In this document: positions 1 to 8,762 of the stretch, piece after piece
Layout of the letters: every line of letters begins with the position of its first letter
Position numbering within the stretch: position 1 is the stretch's first letter
Source: an uncultured Pelagibacteraceae bacterium
GTDB taxonomy: Bacteria > Pseudomonadota > Alphaproteobacteria > Pelagibacterales > Pelagibacteraceae
Assembly: GCA_902604545.1 (NCBI GenBank)
Contig: CACKZG010000001.1
Span: 96 to 64,095, forward strand
Reading direction: 5' to 3'
Length of the DNA: 64,000 bases
Position numbers and translations under genes: made by a program
The notes under the pieces: model-generated
What the model saw: the letters and a program-made list of their open reading frames with translations, nothing else
What the model was told of the DNA's origin: nothing
The model's database searches: none

Positions 1-39
1 TATTTCAATTCAAATTATAGGCTGTGGATAAGTTTTTGA

Positions 40-1191
40 CTAAGCTTTAAAAAGTTTATCAGATAAATTTTCTAAATTCTCTCCCCAAAAAACTTCTTTA
101 GTAATCTTTTTGAAATCTACGTCAAAAACTCTAGACATTGCAGAAGCATAAATTGCTCTCGAGTCTATTGTAGAATTTAAGTCTCTTCCTTCAAATAATT
201 CTTTTTTCTTAAGTCCTGGCCAATCAGTATGAACTTGTGCTTTTTTAACTAATCCACCTGCCATTAAGATAGCTGAACCATAACCATGCTCTGTTCCATT
301 ACTGCTGTTCTGTTTAATTGTTCTTCCAAACTCTGTTAGGGTTAAAACTAAAGTATTATTAAATGCCTCTTCAGACATTGAAGATTTTAGAGATCTAAGG
401 ATATTGTCATAATCTGATAGACAATCTGCATGAGCACCATCTGTTGCTCCTTGTGCAGCATGAGTATCGAAACCATCCACTTCAAAAACTGCAACTTTCG
501 GCCCATCAGGTTTTGATAACTCTGTACCAGCGCTTGAAGCCAAAATCCATGCGTCATCTCTTGATCTGTTGTTAAAATCTCTATTTAGAATTATTTCTAA
601 ATTATCACTTAATAATTTTTCATCGTACTCTTTGTATGCTTGTTTTATTAATTCTAGAGTAGCAGGATATGGCAAACTGCGGCCTACAGGAAAATAATTA
701 TTGTTCATTGGAACACCTCTAATCAATAAAGGCATTGGTAGAGCTAGAGCTAATCCTTGTCCTGTTAGCCCAGCTGATTTCATTCCTCTACCAAGCCAAC
801 CCGTTTTTTCTTTATAAGGAATTTTTCCACCTGACTCCATTAAGTTTTGACCATCAAAATGTGATCTGCCTGTATAAGGAATATTTGTTGCATGCACTGC
901 TGCACTTAAATTTTGATCCCAAAGACTTTTGAATGTTTTTAATGCTGGGTGCAAATCAAAATCTGATGATAATTTTAAAGTTCTATCAAGATTAATTTTG
1001 CTTCTTAGTTTCTCAAAATTTTTGTCACCTTTAACTGGAATAGCACACAAGCCATCCATACCTCCACGTAACATAATTACAACTAAATTTTTTTTTGATT
1101 CTGAATTTGCATGGCTCGCAGTTCCAAAACCAGCAAAATATAATGACGTTAAAGCTGTGGTTTTTAAAAAATCTCTTCTTGATATCTTCAT
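40..1191 (-). CDS. DUF1501 family protein, Tat-exported
   Basis: Twin-arginine signal SRRDFLK; family-type motifs LRGGMDGL, RSHFDGQ, GFDTH, TEFGRT, NGTEHG; directly downstream of a DUF1800 gene. Confidence 0.88.
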   Translation of the reverse strand: MKISRRDFLKTTALTSLYFAGFGTASHANSESKKNLVVIMLRGGMDGLCAIPVKGDKNFEKLRSKINLDRTLKLSSDFDLHPALKTFKSLWDQNLSAAVHATNIPYTGRSHFDGQNLMESGGKIPYKEKTGWLGRGMKSAGLTGQGLALALPMPLLIRGVPMNNNYFPVGRSLPYPATLELIKQAYKEYDEKLLSDNLEIILNRDFNNRSRDDAWILASSAGTELSKPDGPKVAVFEVDGFDTHAAQGATDGAHADCLSDYDNILRSLKSSMSEEAFNNTLVLTLTEFGRTIKQNSSNGTEHGYGSAILMAGGLVKKAQVHTDWPGLKKKELFEGRDLNSTIDSRAIYASAMSRVFDVDFKKITKEVFWGENLENLSDKLFKA

Positions 1192-2624
1192 GCTTTTAAG
1201 AACTCCGGGTGGTTAAAAAGTAAAGTATGTTTTTCAACAGCTCTACTTTTTTGATTTATATATTTCATCATTTTACTTGGATTATCGAAATTTTTTTCAA
1301 CAATACTTTCATAATATTCAGCATTTTTATTATTTTCCATTTTAGAAAAATTGTAACTTGCTTTTGCATATACAAGTCTTCTAATTAATAATTCTGGCGA
1401 AATCCAATCATCAGAATGGTCTGACCAACCATTTGGTTGTTTTGCTCTGTAAGGATGGTGACCAATATTTTGTAAAATCCATTCAGGTTCTCGTTGTGAG
1501 TCAAACGGTCTCTGACCAAGCTCGTATTTATCCATTAGTTCTGGTGATGGTGGCCAATTTAAATCAGCAATTTTTGCAACTTGTATTAACCAATTTTCAG
1601 GAGTTTGAAATTTTTTATATTTATCGTTGTACTCAAATGCCACCTTTATTGCTGCTTTATGTATCTCTGGTAAATGTCCATCAGATTTTTTGAAAGCATC
1701 TATAATAGGTTGCTTCATATCTTTTGTAGGTTCATCTGTGATTAAATATCTACAAAGTCTTTCAGCAACAAAATCTCTGCAATTAGGATGATTTACCAGA
1801 TCCTTGATCACAGTTGCTAATGCTTTTTTTCCTCTTTTATATTCTTTTCCTAAAACAGTTTTTTTTCCTCTTTGATGATACTCTGAATTAAACCAGACAT
1901 TCCCTGTTTCTAAATTTCGTTTGCTCCATCTATGTTGCCAGCCTGTCATAATATATGCTAATTGAACAACATCTTCTTGAGTGTATCCAGCTTTCGGTGA
2001 AACTGTATGTAGTTCTAAGAGCTCTCTACCGTGGTTCTCGTTAATTGTTGCGGGTTCTTTTTTTCTGCGCCTCCATTCTTCACTAGCCGTAACACTCTTT
2101 GGTCCTGCACTTTCACTATTATCTAGATGATGGATCATTGCCCATGACGTTGTAACATCGTAAACCATTTTTTCGAATGATTGATTTAAATTTGGTCGAA
2201 TAATTTCTCTTTGATATGCACCTGTTGAATAGTTTGCTAAAAAATCTTTTTCGCTGATTGCAAAGAAATTTCCCCAAAACATCCAAAGTTTGGCTAATAC
2301 AGGATGATTACTATTGATACCTTCATTATGTCTGATAGATATTTCTAAAGACTCCCAGAACTTTTGTCCTGTTTTATGTCTTAAAATATCTTTATGCGTT
2401 TTATAAAGAGTTTTGTTATCTTTATATTTTTTTCGTAAAACTTCTCTATCACCATAAACCCAATCTCTATAATGTTTTCTAAGTTCTTTTTCAGAGTATA
2501 TTTTTCCTTTCCACGAAAAATTTGGAATTTCATCGACTTGATTTTGTGCCCAAATTAATGGATCTGATGGAGCTTCCTCCACAAGACTAATTCCGAATGC
2601 AACTTTTCTAAAAAAGTTTTTCAT
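1188..2624 (-). CDS. DUF1800 family protein
   Basis: Motifs FWGNFFAIS, HLDN, INENHGRELLELHT, GYTQEDV, PNGWS; overlaps the DUF1501 start by 4 bp. Confidence 0.88.
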   Translation of the reverse strand: MKNFFRKVAFGISLVEEAPSDPLIWAQNQVDEIPNFSWKGKIYSEKELRKHYRDWVYGDREVLRKKYKDNKTLYKTHKDILRHKTGQKFWESLEISIRHNEGINSNHPVLAKLWMFWGNFFAISEKDFLANYSTGAYQREIIRPNLNQSFEKMVYDVTTSWAMIHHLDNSESAGPKSVTASEEWRRRKKEPATINENHGRELLELHTVSPKAGYTQEDVVQLAYIMTGWQHRWSKRNLETGNVWFNSEYHQRGKKTVLGKEYKRGKKALATVIKDLVNHPNCRDFVAERLCRYLITDEPTKDMKQPIIDAFKKSDGHLPEIHKAAIKVAFEYNDKYKKFQTPENWLIQVAKIADLNWPPSPELMDKYELGQRPFDSQREPEWILQNIGHHPYRAKQPNGWSDHSDDWISPELLIRRLVYAKASYNFSKMENNKNAEYYESIVEKNFDNPSKMMKYINQKSRAVEKHTLLFNHPEFLKA

Positions 2625-2632
2625 AATTTATT

Positions 2633-3502
2633 TTATTTTATTTTATCAATATCATGAATATTTATTAAGGAATTCTCAAATTCTTCAATATTCTCTCTTA
2701 AAGCTAAACTAGAAATTGAATAAATCATTATCAACAACAAAACTAATGGTAATGAAGTTATCACTGAAGCATTGCTTTTAATAAGTAAAATATAAAATAC
2801 TATAAATAAAGCTGATCTAATTAGGACAGTTTTTCTAAATACACTAATTATTGAAAGTGAATGTTTTAACAAATTAAAGAAACTCATATGAGATGGACCG
2901 AAATATCTTTTGCCTCTAGTAGAAGGAATTGAAATTAATTCTTTTTCAATCTTTTTTAAAGTTCCAGAAAAACTGTTCCAGATAGCTTTTTCTTTCAGCA
3001 ATTTTTTTACAGTTGATTTTGATAAACAAGTAAAGTTCCCAAATTTAATTGATTGCCCCGTAAACGCTAAAGTTAAAAACTTGTGAAATTGATAACATAA
3101 TTGAAAAAACAAACCTTCAGATCTCTTAACTCTCTCACCAGTAATTGACTTTTCATCTGATTGTTCTGAAAGTTGAATAAAATCTTTAATTTCTTCAGGT
3201 CTATCTTCTCCATCACCATCCATAGGAATTACAAAATCAAAATCTTTTTTTTCATATATATATTTCAAGCCAGAAGCAATACATCTTGCGTGGCCTCTAT
3301 TTTCTTTCATATTTATTATTTCAAACGAACTAATGCTTTCTATATTTGGATAAGTATCAATTATCTGTTGTGATGATGCGTCATTTATAACAACTAAAGA
3401 TATCTCATGATTTAAATTTTTAATTTCAGAATTAATATTTTCTACCAGTAACTTCAAAGATTCTCTATCGTTATAAATTGGAATTAAAATTACATATTTC
3501 AT
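2633..3502 (-). CDS. Glycosyltransferase family 2, polyprenol-phosphate glycosyltransferase-like, C-terminal TM helices
   Basis: ILIPIYND, VINDAS, NRGH, MDGDGED motifs; hydrophobic C-terminus. Confidence 0.85.
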   Translation of the reverse strand: MKYVILIPIYNDRESLKLLVENINSEIKNLNHEISLVVINDASSQQIIDTYPNIESISSFEIINMKENRGHARCIASGLKYIYEKKDFDFVIPMDGDGEDRPEEIKDFIQLSEQSDEKSITGERVKRSEGLFFQLCYQFHKFLTLAFTGQSIKFGNFTCLSKSTVKKLLKEKAIWNSFSGTLKKIEKELISIPSTRGKRYFGPSHMSFFNLLKHSLSIISVFRKTVLIRSALFIVFYILLIKSNASVITSLPLVLLLIMIYSISSLALRENIEEFENSLINIHDIDKIK

Positions 3503-4825
3503 CTATCTTGACCCTACACAAATACTATCAAGACACATATAATCTTTCAATTGATCAAGTTTTTTTCTTTCTACAGGACCTTCCCATACAGGTCTTGACT
3601 TAAGATGATATGATAAATTTCCTGCATTCCATTCATTTCCATAAACTACATTAATTTCTGATTTAAATTGTTGGTCCCATGCGTATTGAGTTTTAATAGC
3701 AATTTCTTTACCAGGATAATCGGTTCTTTTGTCACTATTTGATATTGATACATAGGCATACAGTATAGGTGACAAAAAAAATAAAAAAATAAATCCAACC
3801 ATAAATGATTTTAGCTTTTTAATATTAATTTGAGTTTGAAACAAATAGACAAATAAAGTTCCAAAAAACAAATAAAAAGGTGTCATCCACATTGTTCGTA
3901 TTTTAGATCCTGTAGTAACTGATGTTAAAAAAATTAATATAATCGGCAAAATATTGATCACTAGTAAAAAAAGTAATTTTTCATCTTTAAAATTGAAATT
4001 AAATTTAATTTTTTTCACCAATAACCAAAATAAAAATAAGAATGGAATTAGTAATCCAACCTGTTTTATCAAAAAAATTGTCGGAAATTTTATATGATCA
4101 ATTAAACTAGATTGTTCTAATCCAGTTCTAGAAAGTCCATAAGTAACGGTAATAAAATCATTGCTGTTTAGCCATATCAGATGGGGAACTAAGACAATTA
4201 TAAATACCTCAACAGCAATCAGATATTTAAAATCAAACTTTCTATCTTTTTTAAAAAATAACAAGTAGATAAACAGGAGTTTTATTGATGCTAAAAGATA
4301 AATAAATAAATATTTAGATAAAAATCCAAAAGCTGCAAATAATCCAACTAATAAACAATCAGTAAATTTAATTTCTTTACTATTATAAATTTTCCAAGAA
4401 AAATAGACAGTTAGTGTCCAGAAGGGCAACTGGCAAACGTTTACATTAAATTCTGGGGTTGTAAAATTATAAAAAAAAATTCCCTCAATTAATAAAACGG
4501 AAATTAAACTTTTTATGTCATTATTAAAAAATTCTTTTGAAAATTTAAACACATAATAGAAAGAAATAATTGTAAAAATTTGACTAAGTAAATAGTAAGC
4601 CCAGTCCTGTGGACCAAAAATTTGAAAAAAAACTTCTGGAAAAAAAGCAACCATTGGTGGATGTTTAACAAAACCCCAATCTAAATTACTTCCCCATGCC
4701 AAATGTTCAATTGTATCTAATGGTAAATTTTGATTAGTTAATGATGGAACTAAAGTCCAAAATATTAAATGTGAAGTAATAAAAATATAAAATATATTAT
4801 TAATATTTCTTGTATTATTAATCAT
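3503..4825 (-). CDS. Integral-membrane GT-C glycosyltransferase (GT39/ArnT/Rgt-like)
   Basis: DTIEHLAWG..LDWGFVKHPP motif, GFLSKY, PHLIW; many TM segments. Confidence 0.8.
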   Translation of the reverse strand: MINNTRNINNIFYIFITSHLIFWTLVPSLTNQNLPLDTIEHLAWGSNLDWGFVKHPPMVAFFPEVFFQIFGPQDWAYYLLSQIFTIISFYYVFKFSKEFFNNDIKSLISVLLIEGIFFYNFTTPEFNVNVCQLPFWTLTVYFSWKIYNSKEIKFTDCLLVGLFAAFGFLSKYLFIYLLASIKLLFIYLLFFKKDRKFDFKYLIAVEVFIIVLVPHLIWLNSNDFITVTYGLSRTGLEQSSLIDHIKFPTIFLIKQVGLLIPFLFLFWLLVKKIKFNFNFKDEKLLFLLVINILPIILIFLTSVTTGSKIRTMWMTPFYLFFGTLFVYLFQTQINIKKLKSFMVGFIFLFFLSPILYAYVSISNSDKRTDYPGKEIAIKTQYAWDQQFKSEINVVYGNEWNAGNLSYHLKSRPVWEGPVERKKLDQLKDYMCLDSICVGSR

Positions 4826-4854
4826 TTATAAATATTTATAACAAATCAGCTATC

Positions 4855-4882
4855 TTGACACCCAAAATTTGCTGAATATACT
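4855..4882 (+). promoter_or_regulatory. Sigma70-type promoter of dksA
   Basis: TTGACA-N16-TATACT, 21 bp upstream of the ATG, followed by GCCG. Confidence 0.65.
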
Positions 4883-4903
4883 GCCGAAATTCAAAATTAT
4901 AAT

Positions 4904-5425
4904 ATGTCAAAAACTATTAAGGTAAAAAAAAAAACTACCAAAACAAAAGCTAAAGTTTCAAAACCTAAAACAAAAGTTGCTAATAAACCAAAGTTTGATG
5001 TAAAAGCTCCCATAAAAATTTCAAAATCTTATATTCCTAAAGATACAGAAAAGTATATGTGCGAAAAGCATAAAGTATATTTCAGAATGAGACTGACTGA
5101 GTGGAAAAAGGAATTAATCAAAGCTAATAATGAAGCTCTTTATAATGGTGGTATGGATGACAATAATATTTCTGCAGACATAGTTGATCAAGCAAACTCC
5201 TATATTGATAGCAATGTAGAAATGAAAGCAATTAATAGACAAATTAAATTAATATCTGAAATTGATAAGGCGTTAAGAAGAATCAGAGAAGATACTTATG
5301 GATATTGTTTAGATACAGCAGAACCAATAGGATTAAAAAGATTAATGGCTAGACCTGTAGCAAAATATACTATTGCAGCTCAAGAAAAGCATGAAAAAAA
5401 TGAAAAAGTTCATGCAGATGACTAA
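4904..5425 (+). CDS. dksA: RNA polymerase-binding transcription factor DksA
   Basis: Coiled-coil tip DIVDQA; YGYC...PIGLKRLMARP; Lys-rich N-terminal extension. Confidence 0.9.
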   Translation: MSKTIKVKKKTTKTKAKVSKPKTKVANKPKFDVKAPIKISKSYIPKDTEKYMCEKHKVYFRMRLTEWKKELIKANNEALYNGGMDDNNISADIVDQANSYIDSNVEMKAINRQIKLISEIDKALRRIREDTYGYCLDTAEPIGLKRLMARPVAKYTIAAQEKHEKNEKVHADD

Positions 5426-5542
5426 ATGAAAAAAAAATCTACTAAACAAAAGTCAATTTCATTTCTTTTTGCTAAGAAATATATTTATTTTTACTATACT
5501 TTCTTTTGGATTGTGCTGTTGCTATATTTATTTTTAAAATGA
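5426..5542 (+). CDS. 38-aa small membrane protein (not in ORF track)
   Basis: ATG abuts the dksA stop (TAAATG); MKKKSTKQKSISFLFAKKYIYFYYTFFWIVLLLYLFLK. Confidence 0.5.
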   Translation: MKKKSTKQKSISFLFAKKYIYFYYTFFWIVLLLYLFLK

Positions 5543-5634
5543 ATAAAAAGTTAATTTTAATTATTGTTATCATTGTCGCTATTGAATTCTCTGGTTATGG
5601 AATTCTCAGCACTCTCTATAGATTGTTTGGATAA
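5539..5634 (+). CDS. 31-aa small membrane protein (not in ORF track)
   Basis: ATGA overlap with the previous ORF; MNKKLILIIVIIVAIEFSGYGILSTLYRLFG; stop lies 3 bp before the convergent GST stop. Confidence 0.55.
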   Translation: MNKKLILIIVIIVAIEFSGYGILSTLYRLFG

Positions 5635-5637
5635 ATT

Positions 5638-6264
5638 TTATAGTTTTGGAATTTCGGCTTCTTTGTCAATAAATCTATAACCTTTTACAACAGTTTCTCT
5701 TTCAGCTATTTCTAAATACCATCTTGATAGGTTTTTATAATTTTTTAAGCCAATATCATGCCATTCATGTCTTGCAATCCATGGCCATGTTGCAATATCA
5801 GCAATAGTATAATAAGTGCCAGCAAGAAATTTAGATTCTTTTAACCTTGTATCCAATTCTCCATAAAGTCTTTTAGTAATTTTAAAATATCTTTCCTCAC
5901 CAAACTCACTTTTACCTGGATTGTAGTGATGAAACTGATGATGTTGACCAATCATGGGTCCTACTGTTCCCATTTGAGCCATCAACCATTGATTAATTAC
6001 TAACCTATCTTTTTCATTATAAAGTTTTCCACTTTTATCACCTAAATACATTAAGATTGCACCAGACTCAAAGATGCTTTTATTGTTTTCATGATCAATG
6101 ATGACAGGAATTTTTCCAAATGGACTTAGCTTTATGAATTTTGGATTAAATTGTTCATCTTTACCAAGATCAACTTTTGTTACTTTGTAATCATAACCAA
6201 TTTCTTCAAGCATGATGCTAATTTTCCATCCATTTGGAGTGTTAGCAGAAAAAAGTTCTATCAT
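5638..6264 (-). CDS. Glutathione S-transferase (YfcG/Nu-class-like)
   Basis: TPNG motif, GKIPVI, IFESGAI, TIADIA. Confidence 0.9.
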   Translation of the reverse strand: MIELFSANTPNGWKISIMLEEIGYDYKVTKVDLGKDEQFNPKFIKLSPFGKIPVIIDHENNKSIFESGAILMYLGDKSGKLYNEKDRLVINQWLMAQMGTVGPMIGQHHQFHHYNPGKSEFGEERYFKITKRLYGELDTRLKESKFLAGTYYTIADIATWPWIARHEWHDIGLKNYKNLSRWYLEIAERETVVKGYRFIDKEAEIPKL

Positions 6265-7277
6265 TTTTTAACGCCAAGTCTTTCTTGTGCAGCTTTGGAA
6301 GTTGTTGTGAATTCAAATCTTAATTTCTCATCTGGTTTTGCATATTTAAAACAACCTCTTGCGGCTAATGCTCCCTCATGAAAACCTGAAAGTATTAATT
6401 TTAATTTTCCTGGATAAGAACAAATATCACCAATTGCAAATATTCCATTAACATTTGTTTCAAAGTTTTCAGTACTCACCTTAACCGTTTTTTTATCAAT
6501 ATTTAAACCCCAATCCAATATAGGACCAAGTTGCATTATTAAACCAAAAAAACCTAGCACATAATCAGATTTAATTTCTTTAATTTCACCTTCATCATGT
6601 TTTATTTTTACAGACTCAATTTTTTTATCTCCCATAACTGAGTCAATTTGAAATTTTGTATATAAATTCAATTTTCCTTGATCATTTAGTTCTTTTACTT
6701 TTTGAACGCTAGCTTCTGCTCCACTAAAACCGTCTCTTCTATGAATTAGATTTACATTTGAAGTATTTGATAGCTCAATAGCCCAATCTAAGGCTGAGTC
6801 TCCTCCCCCAAAAATTGAAATAGTTTTATCATTAAAAATAGATTTATCTTTTATTGAATAGAGTAAAGATTTTCCTTCAAATTTTTCACATTCTTTTACT
6901 GAAAATTTTCTAGGCTCAAAAGAACCAACACCACCAGCTATTACAATTGCTGCAACATCAAACTCTATTCCACCAGAAGTTTTAACATGCCATCTATTTT
7001 GTTTTTTTTTTAATTTTTCTACTCTTTCATTTAAATTAAATTTGACATTGAAAGGTTTAATTTGCTTTAAAAGATTATTAGTTAATTCTTCACCTGTGCA
7101 TTCAGGTACTGCTGGGATGTCGTAAATTGGTTTATCAGGATAAAGTTCTATACATTGGCCTCCAGCTTTATCAAGGTTATCCACAATCTCACAGCTCAAA
7201 CCTATAATTCCAAGTTGATGAGCACAAAATAATCCTGTTGGCCCTGCTCCAATAATTAATACATCTGTTTTATTCAT
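6261..7277 (-). CDS. Ferredoxin-NADP+ reductase (TrxR-like, YumC type)
   Basis: GAGPTG; GGQC.ELYPDKPIYD; GGGDSALDW; GKLKLILSGFHE; no CxxC; next to a ferredoxin gene. Confidence 0.88.
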   Translation of the reverse strand: MNKTDVLIIGAGPTGLFCAHQLGIIGLSCEIVDNLDKAGGQCIELYPDKPIYDIPAVPECTGEELTNNLLKQIKPFNVKFNLNERVEKLKKKQNRWHVKTSGGIEFDVAAIVIAGGVGSFEPRKFSVKECEKFEGKSLLYSIKDKSIFNDKTISIFGGGDSALDWAIELSNTSNVNLIHRRDGFSGAEASVQKVKELNDQGKLNLYTKFQIDSVMGDKKIESVKIKHDEGEIKEIKSDYVLGFFGLIMQLGPILDWGLNIDKKTVKVSTENFETNVNGIFAIGDICSYPGKLKLILSGFHEGALAARGCFKYAKPDEKLRFEFTTTSKAAQERLGVKK

Positions 7278-7598
7278 CTAGCCTTGCTTTGAAGGAATGT
7301 TTACTTCTAAACCATCTAGTTCGTCTGAAACAATTAACTGACAACTCAACCTGCTATTATTTTTTGGCTCAAAAGCCATATCAAGCATATCTTCTTCACC
7401 ATCCTCTTTTGTTGGAAGCTTATCTAACCACTCTTCTTTGACATAAACGTGGCAAGTAGCACACGCCATTCCTCCTCCACAATCAGCATCTATGCCAGGA
7501 ATGTCATTCTGTATTGCTCCTTCCATTACAGTTAATCCATTTTGAACATCAATTGCATGGATTTTGTTATCGTGGGTGTGATAAGTAATTTTTGCCAT
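7278..7598 (-). CDS. 2Fe-2S ferredoxin (adrenodoxin-like)
   Basis: [11 protein letters not shown]...SRLSCQ. Confidence 0.93.
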   Translation of the reverse strand: MAKITYHTHDNKIHAIDVQNGLTVMEGAIQNDIPGIDADCGGGMACATCHVYVKEEWLDKLPTKEDGEEDMLDMAFEPKNNSRLSCQLIVSDELDGLEVNIPSKQG

Positions 7599-7659
7599 GC
7601 GTTATATATAGTTTCTTATCTAAATAGGGCAAGTAAGTAAAATCATACCTGGTGTATTT

Positions 7660-8661
7660 TTAAATATTTTTAGGTTCAGGTAGCTCTTTTTTTATATAAA
7701 AGCTTGTATCTTCTTTTTGCCTCATCAATGCTGGAATAATTTCTTTATAAGCATCAATTAATCCATCATTTGGCTTTGGTAATTGATTTTTTATATGATG
7801 ATGCAATTTATCTAAATTATATGATGGAACTGTTGGAAACATATGATGAGTTAAATGATATTCCATTTTCCAATATAAAAAACTTAGTATTGGATTTAAA
7901 TACATTTCACGTGATGTAACTCTATGATCTTTGATATTTCTTGCCAAACCTGCATGTTGAGTAAATGCAACAAGTTTGTGTAAAGTTTTTCCATAAAATT
8001 GTGGCAAAACAAAATACAATAAAGGCATCCAAGAAGAAACAAGTATAGACCATAAAATAATTGAAAACCAAATAGCAACATAAATTCTTGAAATAAAAAT
8101 TGATTTTGCTTGTGCATTTTCTGGAATGCTATCCTGCATAACCTTTGTTTTAATTCCTAATGCATGTTGAATGATTTCAAACGAAATATGTTTTTTAAAG
8201 AAAACTAAATCTAAAAATGGAATTATATTTATAATTAAGCGCTTTGGCGTTTCTTTTAAATCATTTCCATATTCAATTTCATGATCGAATGGATTTTCTG
8301 TTGAATAAGTGTTTCCGTGATGAACAAAGTGTGTGTATCTCCATCTAGTTGGTTCAAAGTTAGCCATATATGAAGAGATGTAATAAAAAAGTTCGTTTAA
8401 AAATTTAGATTTAAAAGCAGTTTTGTGACCTGTCTCATGCCATAATGGATTAGAGAAAGAATAAATGTTTCCATAAACTAAAAACCAAAATACCGACCAC
8501 CAAGTGCCCCAAGTTTGATATGCAAGAATTCCTGTTACTAAAAGTAGTCCAAAAAAAATTGAAATATGTTGAAATCCTTTTATATCTGATTTCTTAGAAA
8601 GCTCTTTAAGAACTTCTTTATCAACTTGGCATTTGTGCCATTTTTCTAATTTAACATCCAT
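7660..8661 (-). CDS. Membrane di-iron fatty-acid desaturase/hydroxylase family protein (MocD-like)
   Basis: Three His boxes: HETGH, HFVHH, YHLTHH; QHAGL; TM segments. Confidence 0.82.
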   Translation of the reverse strand: MDVKLEKWHKCQVDKEVLKELSKKSDIKGFQHISIFFGLLLVTGILAYQTWGTWWSVFWFLVYGNIYSFSNPLWHETGHKTAFKSKFLNELFYYISSYMANFEPTRWRYTHFVHHGNTYSTENPFDHEIEYGNDLKETPKRLIINIIPFLDLVFFKKHISFEIIQHALGIKTKVMQDSIPENAQAKSIFISRIYVAIWFSIILWSILVSSWMPLLYFVLPQFYGKTLHKLVAFTQHAGLARNIKDHRVTSREMYLNPILSFLYWKMEYHLTHHMFPTVPSYNLDKLHHHIKNQLPKPNDGLIDAYKEIIPALMRQKEDTSFYIKKELPEPKNI

Positions 8662-8706
8662 AGATAAAAATTATGTATAGTTATTATACATAATTTTAAT
8701 AAAGGT

Positions 8707-8744
8707 AAAAAAAAAGGGCAAGTACAAAAATTGTACCTGCCCTT
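8707..8744 (-). terminator. Rho-independent terminator of proteorhodopsin
   Basis: Minus strand AAGGGCAGGTACAA-TTT-TTGTACTTGCCCTT followed by a U-tract, 18 bp after the stop. Confidence 0.88.
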
Positions 8745-8762
8745 AATTTAAATTTTAGCTAA

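Noticed and set aside
6261-7277. Second thioredoxin reductase
   Set aside because: No redox CxxC; motifs and ferredoxin adjacency indicate FNR; true trxB is at 60968-61912
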